Assembly (NCBI GenBank): GCA_963782055.1 | Contig: CAWAIF010000003.1 | Span: 4,832,001-4,896,000 of the forward strand | From: an uncultured delta proteobacterium | GTDB taxonomy: Bacteria; Myxococcota_A; Polyangia; Polyangiales; Polyangiaceae | Reading direction: 5' to 3' | Length of the DNA stretch: 64,000 nt | Part shown: piece by piece, positions 54,650 through 64,000 of the stretch | How positions within the stretch are numbered: position 1 is the stretch's first letter | Layout: each line of letters opens with the position of its first letter | Position numbers and translations under genes: made by a program | Notes under the pieces: model-generated | Told to the model about the DNA's origin: nothing | Database searches by the model: none | Seen by the model: only the letters and a program-made list of their open reading frames with translations

Positions 54650-55132
54650 ATGTTCGACGCCGCATGCTTCGTGCTGGGAGTGTTTCGAGACCGGGGGACG
54701 TACCTCGTCGTGCAGGAGCGCGACGGCACCTGGTATTTGCCCGCCGGGAAGGTGGAGGACGCCGAGAACCTGGTGGCCGCGCTCGTGCGAGAGACGATGG
54801 AGGAGGCCGCGCAGCTCGTCGGCGTGCAGGGCATCGTCGGCGTGGACCACGAGTGGCGCGTTCAGCCGCGCCCGCACGCGCGCCTTCGCTTCGTCTTCGC
54901 CGGCTACCGCGGGGTGATGCTCCCGCCCAAGGACCGGGCCGACGAGCACTCGCTGCGCGCGGAGTGGATGACGCGCGAGGCCATCGGCGCCCTCCCCTTG
55001 CGCCACCCGGAGGTGCTCGCCTGGATCGACAAGGTCGACGCGGGCGCCCCGCTGCTGCCCACCGGCGCCTACGACTGGATCGGCCCCCCCGGCCCCGCCC
55101 GCCGCGTGGTCGCCGTCACTGGCCGCGCCTAG
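54650..55132 (+). CDS. NUDIX hydrolase
   Basis: Nudix box GKVEDAENLVAALVRETMEEAA; AAGGAGG RBS. Confidence 0.9.
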   Translation: MFDAACFVLGVFRDRGTYLVVQERDGTWYLPAGKVEDAENLVAALVRETMEEAAQLVGVQGIVGVDHEWRVQPRPHARLRFVFAGYRGVMLPPKDRADEHSLRAEWMTREAIGALPLRHPEVLAWIDKVDAGAPLLPTGAYDWIGPPGPARRVVAVTGRA

Positions 55133-55259
55133 CCATCGCGGCGCGCTGCTCCCGCGCTCGCTGGGTGGCGGACGTGGCTTCGGCGCGCGGGAGCTCACGT
55201 TGCCGCAATACGATCGGGGTTCACCAGGGTCCGCGGAGCGAGCGGGCATCTCGGAGTGA

Positions 55260-55856
55260 TCACCCGGAGGGCTCCTCCCCGGCGTAGGCGCCGTCGATCC
55301 GCCGTTGCTGCCGTTCCCGCTGGTTCCGTGCGCGGCGCGCGCGGTCCTCCGCGCGCCAGAGCCAGAAGCCTCCCTCGCTGCGCCGGTCGAGGGTCGCTTC
55401 GTCCCCGAAACCAAGCCGGATACGCAAGCAGAGCGCCTCCAGGTGTCTGCGCGCGCGTGCGCAGGCGCGAGCCGCCGGCCACCGCCGCTCGCCCGGCGCA
55501 AGGGTGCCGTCGAGCGCGAGCCCGACGTGCCCCACGAGCACCAGCCCAAAGAACGCGCGACGGACGCGCCGGCGGCCCTCCGGCGTGAGAGCGACGGCGC
55601 ACTCGCGCCCCACGCGGCGCCGCTCGACGAGCCCCAGTCGTTCCAGCGAGCGCATCATGACGCTGATGGTAGAGCGCGCGACGCCGAGCCCGCGCCGAAG
55701 CTGGCTCTGGAAGTGAACGACACCCGTCCCCAGACGGTAAAGGGCGTCGAGCAGATCGAACCGAGCCGCAGTGAGCCCCATCGCTGCGAGCGCCCGCCGC
55801 GTGAGGCGCAGCGTCGCGTAATAGGCCCGCTTGATCGTGAAGAACACAGGATCCAT
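55260..55856 (-). CDS. MarR-like winged-helix protein, copy 2
   Basis: About 26 differences in the first 177 aa versus 14852-15415 (manual count). Confidence 0.85.
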   Translation of the reverse strand: MDPVFFTIKRAYYATLRLTRRALAAMGLTAARFDLLDALYRLGTGVVHFQSQLRRGLGVARSTISVMMRSLERLGLVERRRVGRECAVALTPEGRRRVRRAFFGLVLVGHVGLALDGTLAPGERRWPAARACARARRHLEALCLRIRLGFGDEATLDRRSEGGFWLWRAEDRARRARNQRERQQRRIDGAYAGEEPSG

Positions 55857-55869
55857 CCCACCCCCCACA

Positions 55870-55938
55870 GCACACCTCGTGCCACCCCCCCCTCCCTCCA
55901 GATTCCAGGCGAAACGTCGCCGTGAAAGCGTACTTGCG
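55870..55938 (-). promoter_or_regulatory. Conserved upstream block of MarR-like copy 2: sigma54-type promoter, hairpin and dyad
   Basis: TGGCACGAGGTGTGC (55884-55870); GGCGA-AACG-TCGCC (55908-55921); TGAAAGCGTACTTGCG (55923-55938). Confidence 0.65.
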
Positions 55939-55950
55939 GTTCGACGCTGG

Positions 55951-56066
55951 GTGTCCGGGACGGGGAGAGGGGACAGGGGGGACAGGCGGGGAACGGGGGC
56001 CGGACAGGCGGGGAACGGCGGGGAACAGGGCCTGGACAGGCGGGTGAGGAGTGCGGGCGAGGACAC
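55951..56066 (+). repeat. G-rich degenerate GGAC(A)/GGAAC direct-repeat array, copy 2
   Basis: Units at 55958, 55971, 55980, 55990, 56002, 56012, 56022, 56034 and 56061. Confidence 0.8.
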
Positions 56067-56150
56067 CTGTTCATGGAGAGCGACGCTCGGCGGCGGGTGC
56101 CGCGCGCGCTGACTTCGACACCGGGCGGCGGGGTGTTATGAGAGGTCGCG

Positions 56151-56639
56151 ATGCCTCCGCCAAAGTGGCGCGCCAATCCGACGCGCACCGCCCTCCTCGC
56201 CCTCTACCGCCAGGCCGACGCCCTGCTCCGCCCGTTCTCCTGCCCCGGCAGCACAGACTGCTGCCGCTTCGCCGTGACCGGCCGCGAGCCCTACCCCACC
56301 TCCGCCGAGCTCGCCGAGCTCCTGGACGCGGCCGCCGCCTCCGGCGCCCTGCGCGCGCAGCGCCGCCGTCTCCCCCTGGCCGACCGCCGCTGCCCGCTGC
56401 TGGGTGCCGACGACCGCTGCCGCGTCTACGCGAGCCGCCCCTTCGGCTGCCGCACCTTCTTCTGCGACCGTGTGACCGGTCCGGGGCGCCTCCCGCGCGC
56501 CGAGCTGGCCGAGCTCGGCCGCCGCATCGCCGACCTCTCCGCCCGCGCCTTCCCGCGCGACCCGCATCCGCGGCCGCTCGGCAAGGCGCTCGCCGATGTC
56601 CCGGGTGCGGCGCGGCGCCTCGCCGCCGCCCGCGGCTGA
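56151..56639 (+). CDS. YkgJ-family cysteine-cluster protein
   Basis: CPGSTDCC, CPLL...CRVYASRPFGCRTFFC. Confidence 0.85.
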   Translation: MPPPKWRANPTRTALLALYRQADALLRPFSCPGSTDCCRFAVTGREPYPTSAELAELLDAAAASGALRAQRRRLPLADRRCPLLGADDRCRVYASRPFGCRTFFCDRVTGPGRLPRAELAELGRRIADLSARAFPRDPHPRPLGKALADVPGAARRLAAARG

Positions 56640-56660
56640 GCCCGGAAAGGCCACGCGCGT

Positions 56661-58946
56661 GTGGCCGCGCCACCGGATCCGCGCTATCGCCCAGGCGTGG
56701 CCAGACGGGCGCTCGCCGTTCGCAGAGCCGTGGGGGCAATCCTTGGGCGGCCGTCCGTCCTCGGCGCGGTGTACCTGCTCGCGCTGACGGCGTGGGCGTC
56801 CGCCGCGCCCATCGTCTCCGCCAACGATCGCGCGCTCGGCGCGCAGGCGCAGGAGGTGTCCACCTTCGTCGCGACGCGCTTCGCCGGGGAGATCCACCGC
56901 ATCGCCCTGGCCATCGCCGCGTGCGCCATCGCCGTCGGCGCCGTGCTCGGGGTGCTCGCGGGCCTGCTCGTGCAGGCGCGCCAGGCGGCGTGCGGGCGCG
57001 CTCCGCTGCGCGGTACGAGGCGCGCCGTGCGCACCGTCGCCACGCTCGCCGTGCTCCACGCGTGGCTCGTGCTCCACGCCATGGCGCGGACGCCGGAGCT
57101 GTACGCGCCCTCCTTCTACGCGCGCGGCGGCCTGCGGCGCACCGTCGAGGTCCTCGTCACCGACACGCTCGGCACCGGCGGCGTGAACGCGCTCGGCGTC
57201 GTGCTCCTCGTCGCGTTCTTCGCCGGCCCGCCCTCCGCGTGGCGCCTCTGGCCGCTCCGGTTCGCGTCCCTCTTCCGGCGCGCGCGCGGCGTGCTCTGGG
57301 GCACGTCCCGCACCGCGGCGGCCGCGGCCGCCATCCTCGTGGGCCTCGCCGCCGGCCTGCCCGCCGTTCGCCCGGCGCGCGCGGCCGCGTCACACCCGAG
57401 CCGCCCCAACGTGGTGATCCTCGCGGCCGACTCGCTGCGCGCCGACCGCCTCACCCCGGCGATCATGCCGCACCTCTCCGCCTTCGCCGCGCGCGGCACG
57501 CGCTTCGACCGCGCCTACGTCTCGCTCCCGCGCACCTTCCCCTCGTGGGTCACGATCCTCACCGGGCGCCACGCCCACCACCACGGCATCCGCACCATGT
57601 TCCCGCGCTGGGAGGACAGGGCGAAGGACTTCGACGCCGTGCCCGAGCGCCTCGCCCGCGCGGGCTACGCGACAGGCGTCGTCAGCGACTACGCGGGCGA
57701 CATCTTCTCCCGCATCAACCTGGGCTTCGGGTACGTCGACACCCCCAGCTTCGACTTCCGGCAGCTCATTCGCCAGCGCGCGCTCGAGCGGCAGACACCG
57801 CTCTTGCCCGTGCTCCACTCGCGCCTCGGGCGGGACGCCTTCCCGGTGCTGCGCGAGATGAACGTCGCCGCCGACCCGCAGATGCTCGCCGCCGACGCCG
57901 AGCGCGCGATCGACCGCCTCCAGGACCGGCCCTTCTTCCTCACCGTCTTCTTCTCCACCGCGCACTTCCCGTACGCCGCGCCCGCCCCCTACTACACCCG
58001 CTTCACCGACCCGGCGTACCGCGGTCCCTTCAAGTACGACAAGCCGGTCGGCCTGGGCGGTGACGACGAGGTCACCCCGCGCGACGTGCGGCAGGTCCGC
58101 GCCCTCTACGACGGCGCCGCCGCCGCCATCGACGACGCCGCGGCGCGCGTCCTCGCCAAGCTCGAGCGCGACGGCCTGGCGGACGACACCATCGTCCTCG
58201 TCACGGCCGACCACGGCGAGACCCTCTTCGACCACGGGCACGGCCAGGGACACGGCGACCACCTCTTCGGTGACGAGGGCACCCACGTGCCGCTCGTCAT
58301 CGTCGACCCGCGGCACCGCACGCCGGAGCGCGACGCGCGCATCGTGCGCGACGTGGACATCGCCCCCACCCTCTACGCGCTCACCGGCGTCGCCGCGCCG
58401 AAGGACCTGGACGGCGTCTCCCTCGCCCCTGCGCTGGACGGCAAGCCCACCCCGCCAAGCCTGGCCTACGCCGAGACCGAGCTCTGGATGGGCGACGTCC
58501 CCGCGCTGCCCGAGTCGCTGCGCCTCCCTTACCCCGGCGTGGCGCGGCTCACCGAGCTGGACCCGGAGCACGGCGACGAGATCGTCCTGCGCCGCGACAT
58601 GGAGCCCATCACCACCGTGGCGCGCCACCGCATGGTGCGTGACGAGCGCTACAAGCTCCTGTACGTGCCCACCCGCGCCCGCGTCGTCACCATGCTCTTC
58701 GACACCGTGGCCGACCCCGGGGAGGTGCACGACATCGCAGCGCAGCACCCCGACGTGGTGGCGCGCCTGCGCGGAGAGCTCTGGCGCTGGATGCTGCAGG
58801 ACCCCAAGATGGCCGAGCGCGACGGCTATCTCCTGCCGCGCGACGTCGCCTCCCTCGCCGAGCTGTCGGCGCCCGACGGCGCCATGCGCATCGACGCGCC
58901 GCCCCCCGCGACCGGGGCGTCGCGCGGCGGGGGAGCACGCCCGTGA
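56661..58946 (+). CDS. Membrane-anchored sulfatase/alkaline-phosphatase-superfamily protein
   Basis: N-terminal TM helices; PNVVILAADSLRAD, TFPSW...TG, HFPY, TADHGE, HVPL, D..PT. Confidence 0.85.
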   Translation: MAAPPDPRYRPGVARRALAVRRAVGAILGRPSVLGAVYLLALTAWASAAPIVSANDRALGAQAQEVSTFVATRFAGEIHRIALAIAACAIAVGAVLGVLAGLLVQARQAACGRAPLRGTRRAVRTVATLAVLHAWLVLHAMARTPELYAPSFYARGGLRRTVEVLVTDTLGTGGVNALGVVLLVAFFAGPPSAWRLWPLRFASLFRRARGVLWGTSRTAAAAAAILVGLAAGLPAVRPARAAASHPSRPNVVILAADSLRADRLTPAIMPHLSAFAARGTRFDRAYVSLPRTFPSWVTILTGRHAHHHGIRTMFPRWEDRAKDFDAVPERLARAGYATGVVSDYAGDIFSRINLGFGYVDTPSFDFRQLIRQRALERQTPLLPVLHSRLGRDAFPVLREMNVAADPQMLAADAERAIDRLQDRPFFLTVFFSTAHFPYAAPAPYYTRFTDPAYRGPFKYDKPVGLGGDDEVTPRDVRQVRALYDGAAAAIDDAAARVLAKLERDGLADDTIVLVTADHGETLFDHGHGQGHGDHLFGDEGTHVPLVIVDPRHRTPERDARIVRDVDIAPTLYALTGVAAPKDLDGVSLAPALDGKPTPPSLAYAETELWMGDVPALPESLRLPYPGVARLTELDPEHGDEIVLRRDMEPITTVARHRMVRDERYKLLYVPTRARVVTMLFDTVADPGEVHDIAAQHPDVVARLRGELWRWMLQDPKMAERDGYLLPRDVASLAELSAPDGAMRIDAPPPATGASRGGGARP

Positions 58947-61606
58947 GCCTCCTCGGTCGCGCCCTGCTCGGAGGCCTCACCCTCGCCGCCGGGATGCTCG
59001 CCTACCGCCTCGGCGGCGGCGCCGACGCCCGCATCCCGCCCCCCGCGCCGAAGCCTGCGGCCATCACCGCGCCCGCCGCCCCCGGCGGCGACGGCGACGA
59101 GGTGCGCCTGCGACTGCTCGACGCGATGAAGGACGCGCGCGTCGACGCGCCCCAGCTCCGGAGCGGCCTTCTGCTGCTGCGCGCCCACTGGCGCAAGATG
59201 CAGGCGCCCTGGGCCAATCTCTCCGGCACCGCGCGCGAGCTGGGCCTCTCCATCGCCCTGCGCACCAGCCGCCACGAGGCGCAGTGGGTCGTTCCGACCG
59301 GCAGCGGCAAGGTGTGGGCGCCGAGCGCGCGGGTCTGGAACCTGAGCGAGGGAAGCTACGACCAGCGCGAGGCCATCTTCGCCCCCACGCCGGCGAGCAT
59401 CACCTTCCACCTCACCGTCCCGCCCCAGGCGCGGCTCACCTTCGCGCCGGGCACCGTCAACGCGCGCGGCGACGCCACCGTCTTCTCGGTGAGCGTCGTG
59501 GACTCCCGCGGCACCCGCACGCGCGTCTACGAGAAGCGCTTCCTCCCCGAACAGACGGCGGCGTGGGGGGAGGAGCAGAGCGCCGACCTCTCCGCCTTCG
59601 CCGACCAAGACGTGGACCTGGTCCTGGAGACGCGCGCGGACCGCCGCGCTCCGGGCGAGCACCCGCCGCGCGAATCGCGGGACGCGGGCCCCCCCGACGC
59701 CGAAGGCCGACCGGGGCTGAGCCTGGCGCTCTGGGCCGACCCCACCGTCCTGTCGCACGGGCCGACGCGCCTGCCGTACAACGTGCTCTTCATCGTCATC
59801 GACGCCCTGCGCGCCGACGTGCTCTCCACCTTCCACGACGACGCCGAGGACCGCGCGAAGCGCGCCGCGCGTTACCCGCCCGGCGAGGCCCTCTTCCCGA
59901 AGGTGCCCGGCATCGTCCCCAACCTGGACGCCCTCGCCATGCGCGGCGTGCGCTTCACCCACGCCTACTCCGGCGGCGCGTGGACGCGGCCCGGCACCCT
60001 CGCGATGCTCAGCGGCGAGCGCTCCACGCAGCTCGGGATCGACCCGCTCTCCTGGGTGCTGGCCGACCCGATGGCCGACCGCTACTACCGCTCCGACCCG
60101 CCGCAGCTCGCCCTGCTCCTGCGGCGCGCGGGCGCCGAGACGCGCGCCTTCGTCAACAACTACTTCATGGTCGGCTACGCGCCCGTCGGCATCGACATGG
60201 GCTTCGAGCGCGTCGACGACCACCGCTACCGCACGCGCGACACGGCGATCATCACCTCGCGCGCCGTCGCGTGGCTGAAGGAGCACGCCGGGACGCGCTT
60301 CTTCGCCTTCGTCAACTACAACAGCCCGCACGCGCCGCTCGACCCGCCGCAGCGCCTGCTCGATCGCATCCCGCCCCCGCCCGTGGGCCCGAGCGACCCG
60401 ATGGCGCGCCGGTACATGGCCGAGGCCTCCAAGGACGACGAGGCCGTCGGCGAGCTGATGCAGACGCTGGATGCCCTGAAGGTCCGCGACCGCACCATCG
60501 TCGTGGTGACCGCCGACCACGGCGAGACCTTCTCCGCGGCGCACTCCGGCATCCTCAAGCTGGACCACATGCCCATCCGCTACCACCACGCGGCGAGCAA
60601 CTTCGAGGAGAGCACCCACGTCCCCATCCTGATGAGCCTGCCCGGCGTGCTGCCCGCCGGGAAGGTCGTCGCCGACCGCATCCGCAACACCGACATCGCC
60701 CCCACCCTCCTCGAGCTCCTCGGGCAGGACCCCAACCCGAAGATGACGGGCCGCTCCTTGATGCCGCTGGTGCGCGGCGACAAGGAGCAGGATCCCCGCC
60801 TGGTGGTCACCGAGGGCCGCGGCACCCGCGGCGTGCTCCACGGCCGCTACCGCGCCATCTTCCGGGAGGGCGCGGCGCGCACGACGATCCACGGCGACCA
60901 CGAGGTCACCGTCGCGCAGCAGCTCTTCGACCTGGACGAGGACCCCGGCGAGCGCCACGACATCGCGAGGTCACACCCGGAGATTGTCGCCGAGCTCCGC
61001 GCGCGCCTCGCGGCCGACAAGGAGCGCGTCCCCGCCGCCGACGCGCACGCCGGCGTCGCGAAGGCCGACCCTTCGGCCACGCCGCGCGTCCGCTTTCGCT
61101 TCGCCGGGGCCGGCCAGGCGCACCGCATCTCCGGCAGCTTGACGTTCGAGAGCGGCGGGCCCGCGCCTGCCGTCGTCACCTTCGATCCGGTCGGCATCGA
61201 CCGGAGCGCGCTGCGGCTGGAGGGCGCCAGCCTGGAGGTGGCCTTCTCCACCGCGCCGGACGCCCCCGTCGGCTTCGACGTGCGCGTCGACCCGCCGGCG
61301 GCCGCGATCGACTGGCGGCTCACCCTGGACGACGCCCCGTGGCCCGATCACGACGTCTTCGCGGGCCCCTTCGGCCTCTTCGACGGCAGCGTGCAGACCG
61401 GTCTCGCCGACGACATGGCGCGCGCCGCCGCGTACTCGCCGGTGCTGCCGGAGATCGATCCCGCGCGCGACCTCGGCATGTTCGTGACGCGGGAGAAGCG
61501 CGGCGAGCGCTCCGGCCCGGTGCGCGAGCAGACCGCGCAGGGCGCCGCGGAGATGAACCGCCTGCTCGAGGACTGGGGCTACGCGCACGGCAAGGGCGGC
61601 AAGTAG
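58943..61606 (+). CDS. Sulfatase/alkaline-phosphatase-superfamily protein with accessory domains
   Basis: NVLFIVIDALRAD, WTRPG, SPHAP, TADHGE, HVPI, DIAPT, LFDL..DPGE. Confidence 0.85.
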   Translation: MSLLGRALLGGLTLAAGMLAYRLGGGADARIPPPAPKPAAITAPAAPGGDGDEVRLRLLDAMKDARVDAPQLRSGLLLLRAHWRKMQAPWANLSGTARELGLSIALRTSRHEAQWVVPTGSGKVWAPSARVWNLSEGSYDQREAIFAPTPASITFHLTVPPQARLTFAPGTVNARGDATVFSVSVVDSRGTRTRVYEKRFLPEQTAAWGEEQSADLSAFADQDVDLVLETRADRRAPGEHPPRESRDAGPPDAEGRPGLSLALWADPTVLSHGPTRLPYNVLFIVIDALRADVLSTFHDDAEDRAKRAARYPPGEALFPKVPGIVPNLDALAMRGVRFTHAYSGGAWTRPGTLAMLSGERSTQLGIDPLSWVLADPMADRYYRSDPPQLALLLRRAGAETRAFVNNYFMVGYAPVGIDMGFERVDDHRYRTRDTAIITSRAVAWLKEHAGTRFFAFVNYNSPHAPLDPPQRLLDRIPPPPVGPSDPMARRYMAEASKDDEAVGELMQTLDALKVRDRTIVVVTADHGETFSAAHSGILKLDHMPIRYHHAASNFEESTHVPILMSLPGVLPAGKVVADRIRNTDIAPTLLELLGQDPNPKMTGRSLMPLVRGDKEQDPRLVVTEGRGTRGVLHGRYRAIFREGAARTTIHGDHEVTVAQQLFDLDEDPGERHDIARSHPEIVAELRARLAADKERVPAADAHAGVAKADPSATPRVRFRFAGAGQAHRISGSLTFESGGPAPAVVTFDPVGIDRSALRLEGASLEVAFSTAPDAPVGFDVRVDPPAAAIDWRLTLDDAPWPDHDVFAGPFGLFDGSVQTGLADDMARAAAYSPVLPEIDPARDLGMFVTREKRGERSGPVREQTAQGAAEMNRLLEDWGYAHGKGGK

Positions 61607-61628
61607 GCGCCCGCCGGGCCCGGCGTTC

Positions 61629-61985
61629 TCAGGAAGCGCGGCGCTCCGCGTCGTCGGTCGCCAGCGTGGTCCCACTGCGCGCGGGCAGCGGGAGGTTGAG
61701 CGCGGTGAAGATCTTCCGCCGCATCGCGTGGGCGGCGTCCTCGAACGCGTCGGCCATGCTGTCAGCGGCGCCCTTCGTCGCCAGCTCCGCGCCGGTCGTG
61801 AGCCGCACGCGCAGCTCGCACTGCTGCCGCGCGTCGTCGCGGCGCACGCCGAGCGTCGACCGGATGCGGAAGCGCACCGTCTCCAGGTGGGCGGACAGCG
61901 CGCCGAGCGCCTCGCGCACGACGACGTTGGCCAGGAGGCGACGCGCCTCCGAGACGGGACCGGTGCTCTCGATGACGACGGACAT
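61629..61985 (-). CDS. HPF/RaiA-like small protein
   Basis: Beta-alpha-beta-beta-beta-alpha pattern, QCELRV, DAFEDAA. Confidence 0.5.
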   Translation of the reverse strand: MSVVIESTGPVSEARRLLANVVVREALGALSAHLETVRFRIRSTLGVRRDDARQQCELRVRLTTGAELATKGAADSMADAFEDAAHAMRRKIFTALNLPLPARSGTTLATDDAERRAS

Positions 61986-62086
61986 GATCGACCCCTAGCC
62001 AGGGCACCGGCGGAGGGCCAAGTTTCCACCCCCGCGGGGGCCAGGAAGAAGGAAGCGGCGTCGCGCACCTCGCGTACCATCGGCCC

Positions 62087-63004
62087 ATGAGCCTCCGCGC
62101 CTTCGTCCTCGCGTCCACCTGCCTCGTCTCGACCCTCGCGATCCTCGCGTGCAGCGGCGGCGGCGACGGCGGCAACCCCGGCAGCGACGACGCCGGCGCG
62201 GGCAACGAGGGCGGCGGCGGCGACGCCGGGGGCGGGGGCGACACCGGGTCGAGCACCCCGAACAAGGGCGGCGGCGTCTACCTCACCAGCTACGACTACA
62301 CCGTGGCCAGCACGCCGGTGGTTGGCATGACCGCGTCGGCGGCCTTCTCCGGCACGTACTCGACAGCCCCTGGCCCGTGCACCGTCGCCCCGGCGGGCGA
62401 CGCGTGCACCATCACCCAGTGCACCGCCGGGAGCGGCGGCGACGCCGGCGCGCCCGTCGCGGTCAGCGCGGGCGCCATCACCATCACCGGCGGCACCACA
62501 CCGGTGAACCTGACGCCCAACGGCTCCGGGTACGACGCCGTCAACGGCAAGACGACGCTGTGGAACGGCGGGGAGGAGCTGCACGCCGTCGCCGCCGGCG
62601 CGGACGTACCCGCGTTCGACGTGAAGCTGACGGCGCCGTCCTACGTCACCATCACCGCGCCCGTCTTTCCTTCGCAGGGAGGCTCGGTCGCCATCGTGCG
62701 CTCGCAGGGCCTGAACGTGGCGTGGACCGGCGGCGCCGCCGGCGACGTGCGGGTGACGGTCTACGGCGGCTCCGCCCAGCAGACGGTCACCGTGACCTGC
62801 AACTTCCCCGCCGCAGGCGGCTCCGGCACACTGTCCGCTTCGCTGCTCGGCAACCTGCCCGCGGGCGGCACCACCAACGGCATCACCATGCAGGTGGTCA
62901 GCGAGACCAACACCGTCGTCTCCAACTGGGGCGTGCGTTTCTTCGCCGAGACGCTCGCGAAGACGAGCTCCGGCATCGCCAGCGGCAACGCGACGATCCA
63001 GTAG
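62087..63004 (+). CDS. Hypothetical lipoprotein (beta-rich)
   Basis: Lipobox ILAC; D/G linker; VSAGAITITG, GADVPAF, LNVAWTGG. Confidence 0.8.
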   Translation: MSLRAFVLASTCLVSTLAILACSGGGDGGNPGSDDAGAGNEGGGGDAGGGGDTGSSTPNKGGGVYLTSYDYTVASTPVVGMTASAAFSGTYSTAPGPCTVAPAGDACTITQCTAGSGGDAGAPVAVSAGAITITGGTTPVNLTPNGSGYDAVNGKTTLWNGGEELHAVAAGADVPAFDVKLTAPSYVTITAPVFPSQGGSVAIVRSQGLNVAWTGGAAGDVRVTVYGGSAQQTVTVTCNFPAAGGSGTLSASLLGNLPAGGTTNGITMQVVSETNTVVSNWGVRFFAETLAKTSSGIASGNATIQ

Positions 63005-63007
63005 CGG

Positions 63008-63310
63008 TTAGCTCTGCGCGAGACGCAGGCGCGTGCCGCTCTCCGGCGCCGGCATGGCCGAGGTCATCTCGCTCGCCGCCTCCCAGATCCGGCAACCCAG
63101 CCGCGCCAGCTCCTCGATGATCTGCTCGCCCACGAGGGAATCGCCCGCCGCGGCGCGATCCAGCTCGTCGAGGAGTGCGCGCACCACGGCCGCCTGGGAC
63201 CGGACCTCACGCATGCGAGCGCGAGCCTCCGAAGAGGCGTTGGCGTTGGGCGTCCACTCGCCATCCAATCGTTCCTCAGGCTGGCTGGAGCTGACCATCG
63301 ACATCGACAT
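63008..63310 (-). CDS. Small helical hypothetical protein
   Basis: GGAGG RBS; amphipathic helices. Confidence 0.6.
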   Translation of the reverse strand: MSMSMVSSSQPEERLDGEWTPNANASSEARARMREVRSQAAVVRALLDELDRAAAGDSLVGEQIIEELARLGCRIWEAASEMTSAMPAPESGTRLRLAQS

Positions 63311-63603
63311 GGGAGAACCTCCAAAGTGCGCCAAGCGACCAAAGCAATGGTTACGCCAGCGCGATCGGCCGGGAATCCGCGAGGAGCCCGCCCATGAATC
63401 CCGAGCGATCTGCGCCGGCCGCGCAAGGCGTTCGCGCGCGGGAGGCTCCTGGAACCTGTGGCGATCCGCCACGTGGGTCCCACTTTGGCCACACGACCTC
63501 GGCCACCTTCCCGCCGGGAGCGTAAAGCTTCCTTGCCGCGCTGAATGGTTCGTACCGAGCCATGGTCCATCAGGGGTCCGAGGGGGAAATGGAGGGTCCG
63601 CCT

Positions 63604-64000
63604 ATGCGCGTGCGCCAACTTGGCTTCGTCTTGCCTCTTGCCGTTCTTCTTCCTTCTTCCACGGCCGCCTGGGCTCAGGGCCCCGCGCCCGCGCCCACCG
63701 ACACGGCGGGCACCTCACCTCCGCCGGCCACCGGCACCGCGGGCGTCACGGTCACCTCGCCGCCACCCTCCGGCACCGCGCAGCGGGGCGCCGCGCAGCC
63801 GGGCACCGCGCAGCCGGAGCGCCGCCTGGGGGTCCCTCCGGAGCCCAAGGAGCGCGCCCGGTTCCGCTGGGGCCTCTCCTTCTTCGGCGGCCCCTACTTC
63901 TTCAACGGGTCGATGGGCGGCGTCGGCGGCGCCTCCGTCCGCGCCGGCGCGCAGATCACCAACCTCTTCGGCGTCTACGCGCAGCCGGTCGCCTTGCTGG
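63604..64000 (+). CDS. Secreted/outer-membrane protein, 3'-truncated by window
   Basis: Signal peptide ending TAAWA-Q; Pro/Thr linker with 15-bp repeats; RFRWGLSF beta strands. Confidence 0.65.
   Translation, partial: MRVRQLGFVLPLAVLLPSSTAAWAQGPAPAPTDTAGTSPPPATGTAGVTVTSPPPSGTAQRGAAQPGTAQPERRLGVPPEPKERARFRWGLSFFGGPYFFNGSMGGVGGASVRAGAQITNLFGVYAQPVALL

Noticed and set aside
55195..55263. 22-codon GTG ORF overlapping the stop of MarR-like copy 2
   Set aside because: Too short, no counterpart at copy 1, no supporting signal

Overview
Very GC-rich bacterial DNA, most consistent with a myxobacterium of the Polyangiaceae/Sorangiineae type. This is inferred from Ser/Thr kinases, an FHA-sigma54 activator, Cys-rich lipoproteins and a MYXO-CTERM-like tail. 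About 56 CDSs were called, including hppA, purM/purN, malQ, glgX, trxC, a tandem PPK2, lspA, mgtA, a penicillin-acylase-family protein, a FadL-like porin and two sulfatase-fold proteins. No rRNA, tRNA, CRISPR array, transposase or integrase was recognised. The most unusual signal is a ~0.75 kb cassette present twice, 40 kb apart (about 14885-15610 and 55326-56066). Each copy has a MarR-like winged-helix gene (~85% aa identity by manual alignment), a sigma54-type promoter 14 nt before the ATG, a small hairpin, an operator-like dyad and a roughly helically phased G-rich GGAC(A)/GGAAC array. A perfect form of the dyad occurs at 3979-4004. Other notable items are a membrane-anchored ECF sigma factor with a duplicated promoter motif, a candidate switchable RNA leader on hppA, pervasive leaderless promoter architecture, and three +1 frameshifts that fall in GATC/CCAGG contexts. 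All product calls come from motif recognition by eye; no database searches were run.
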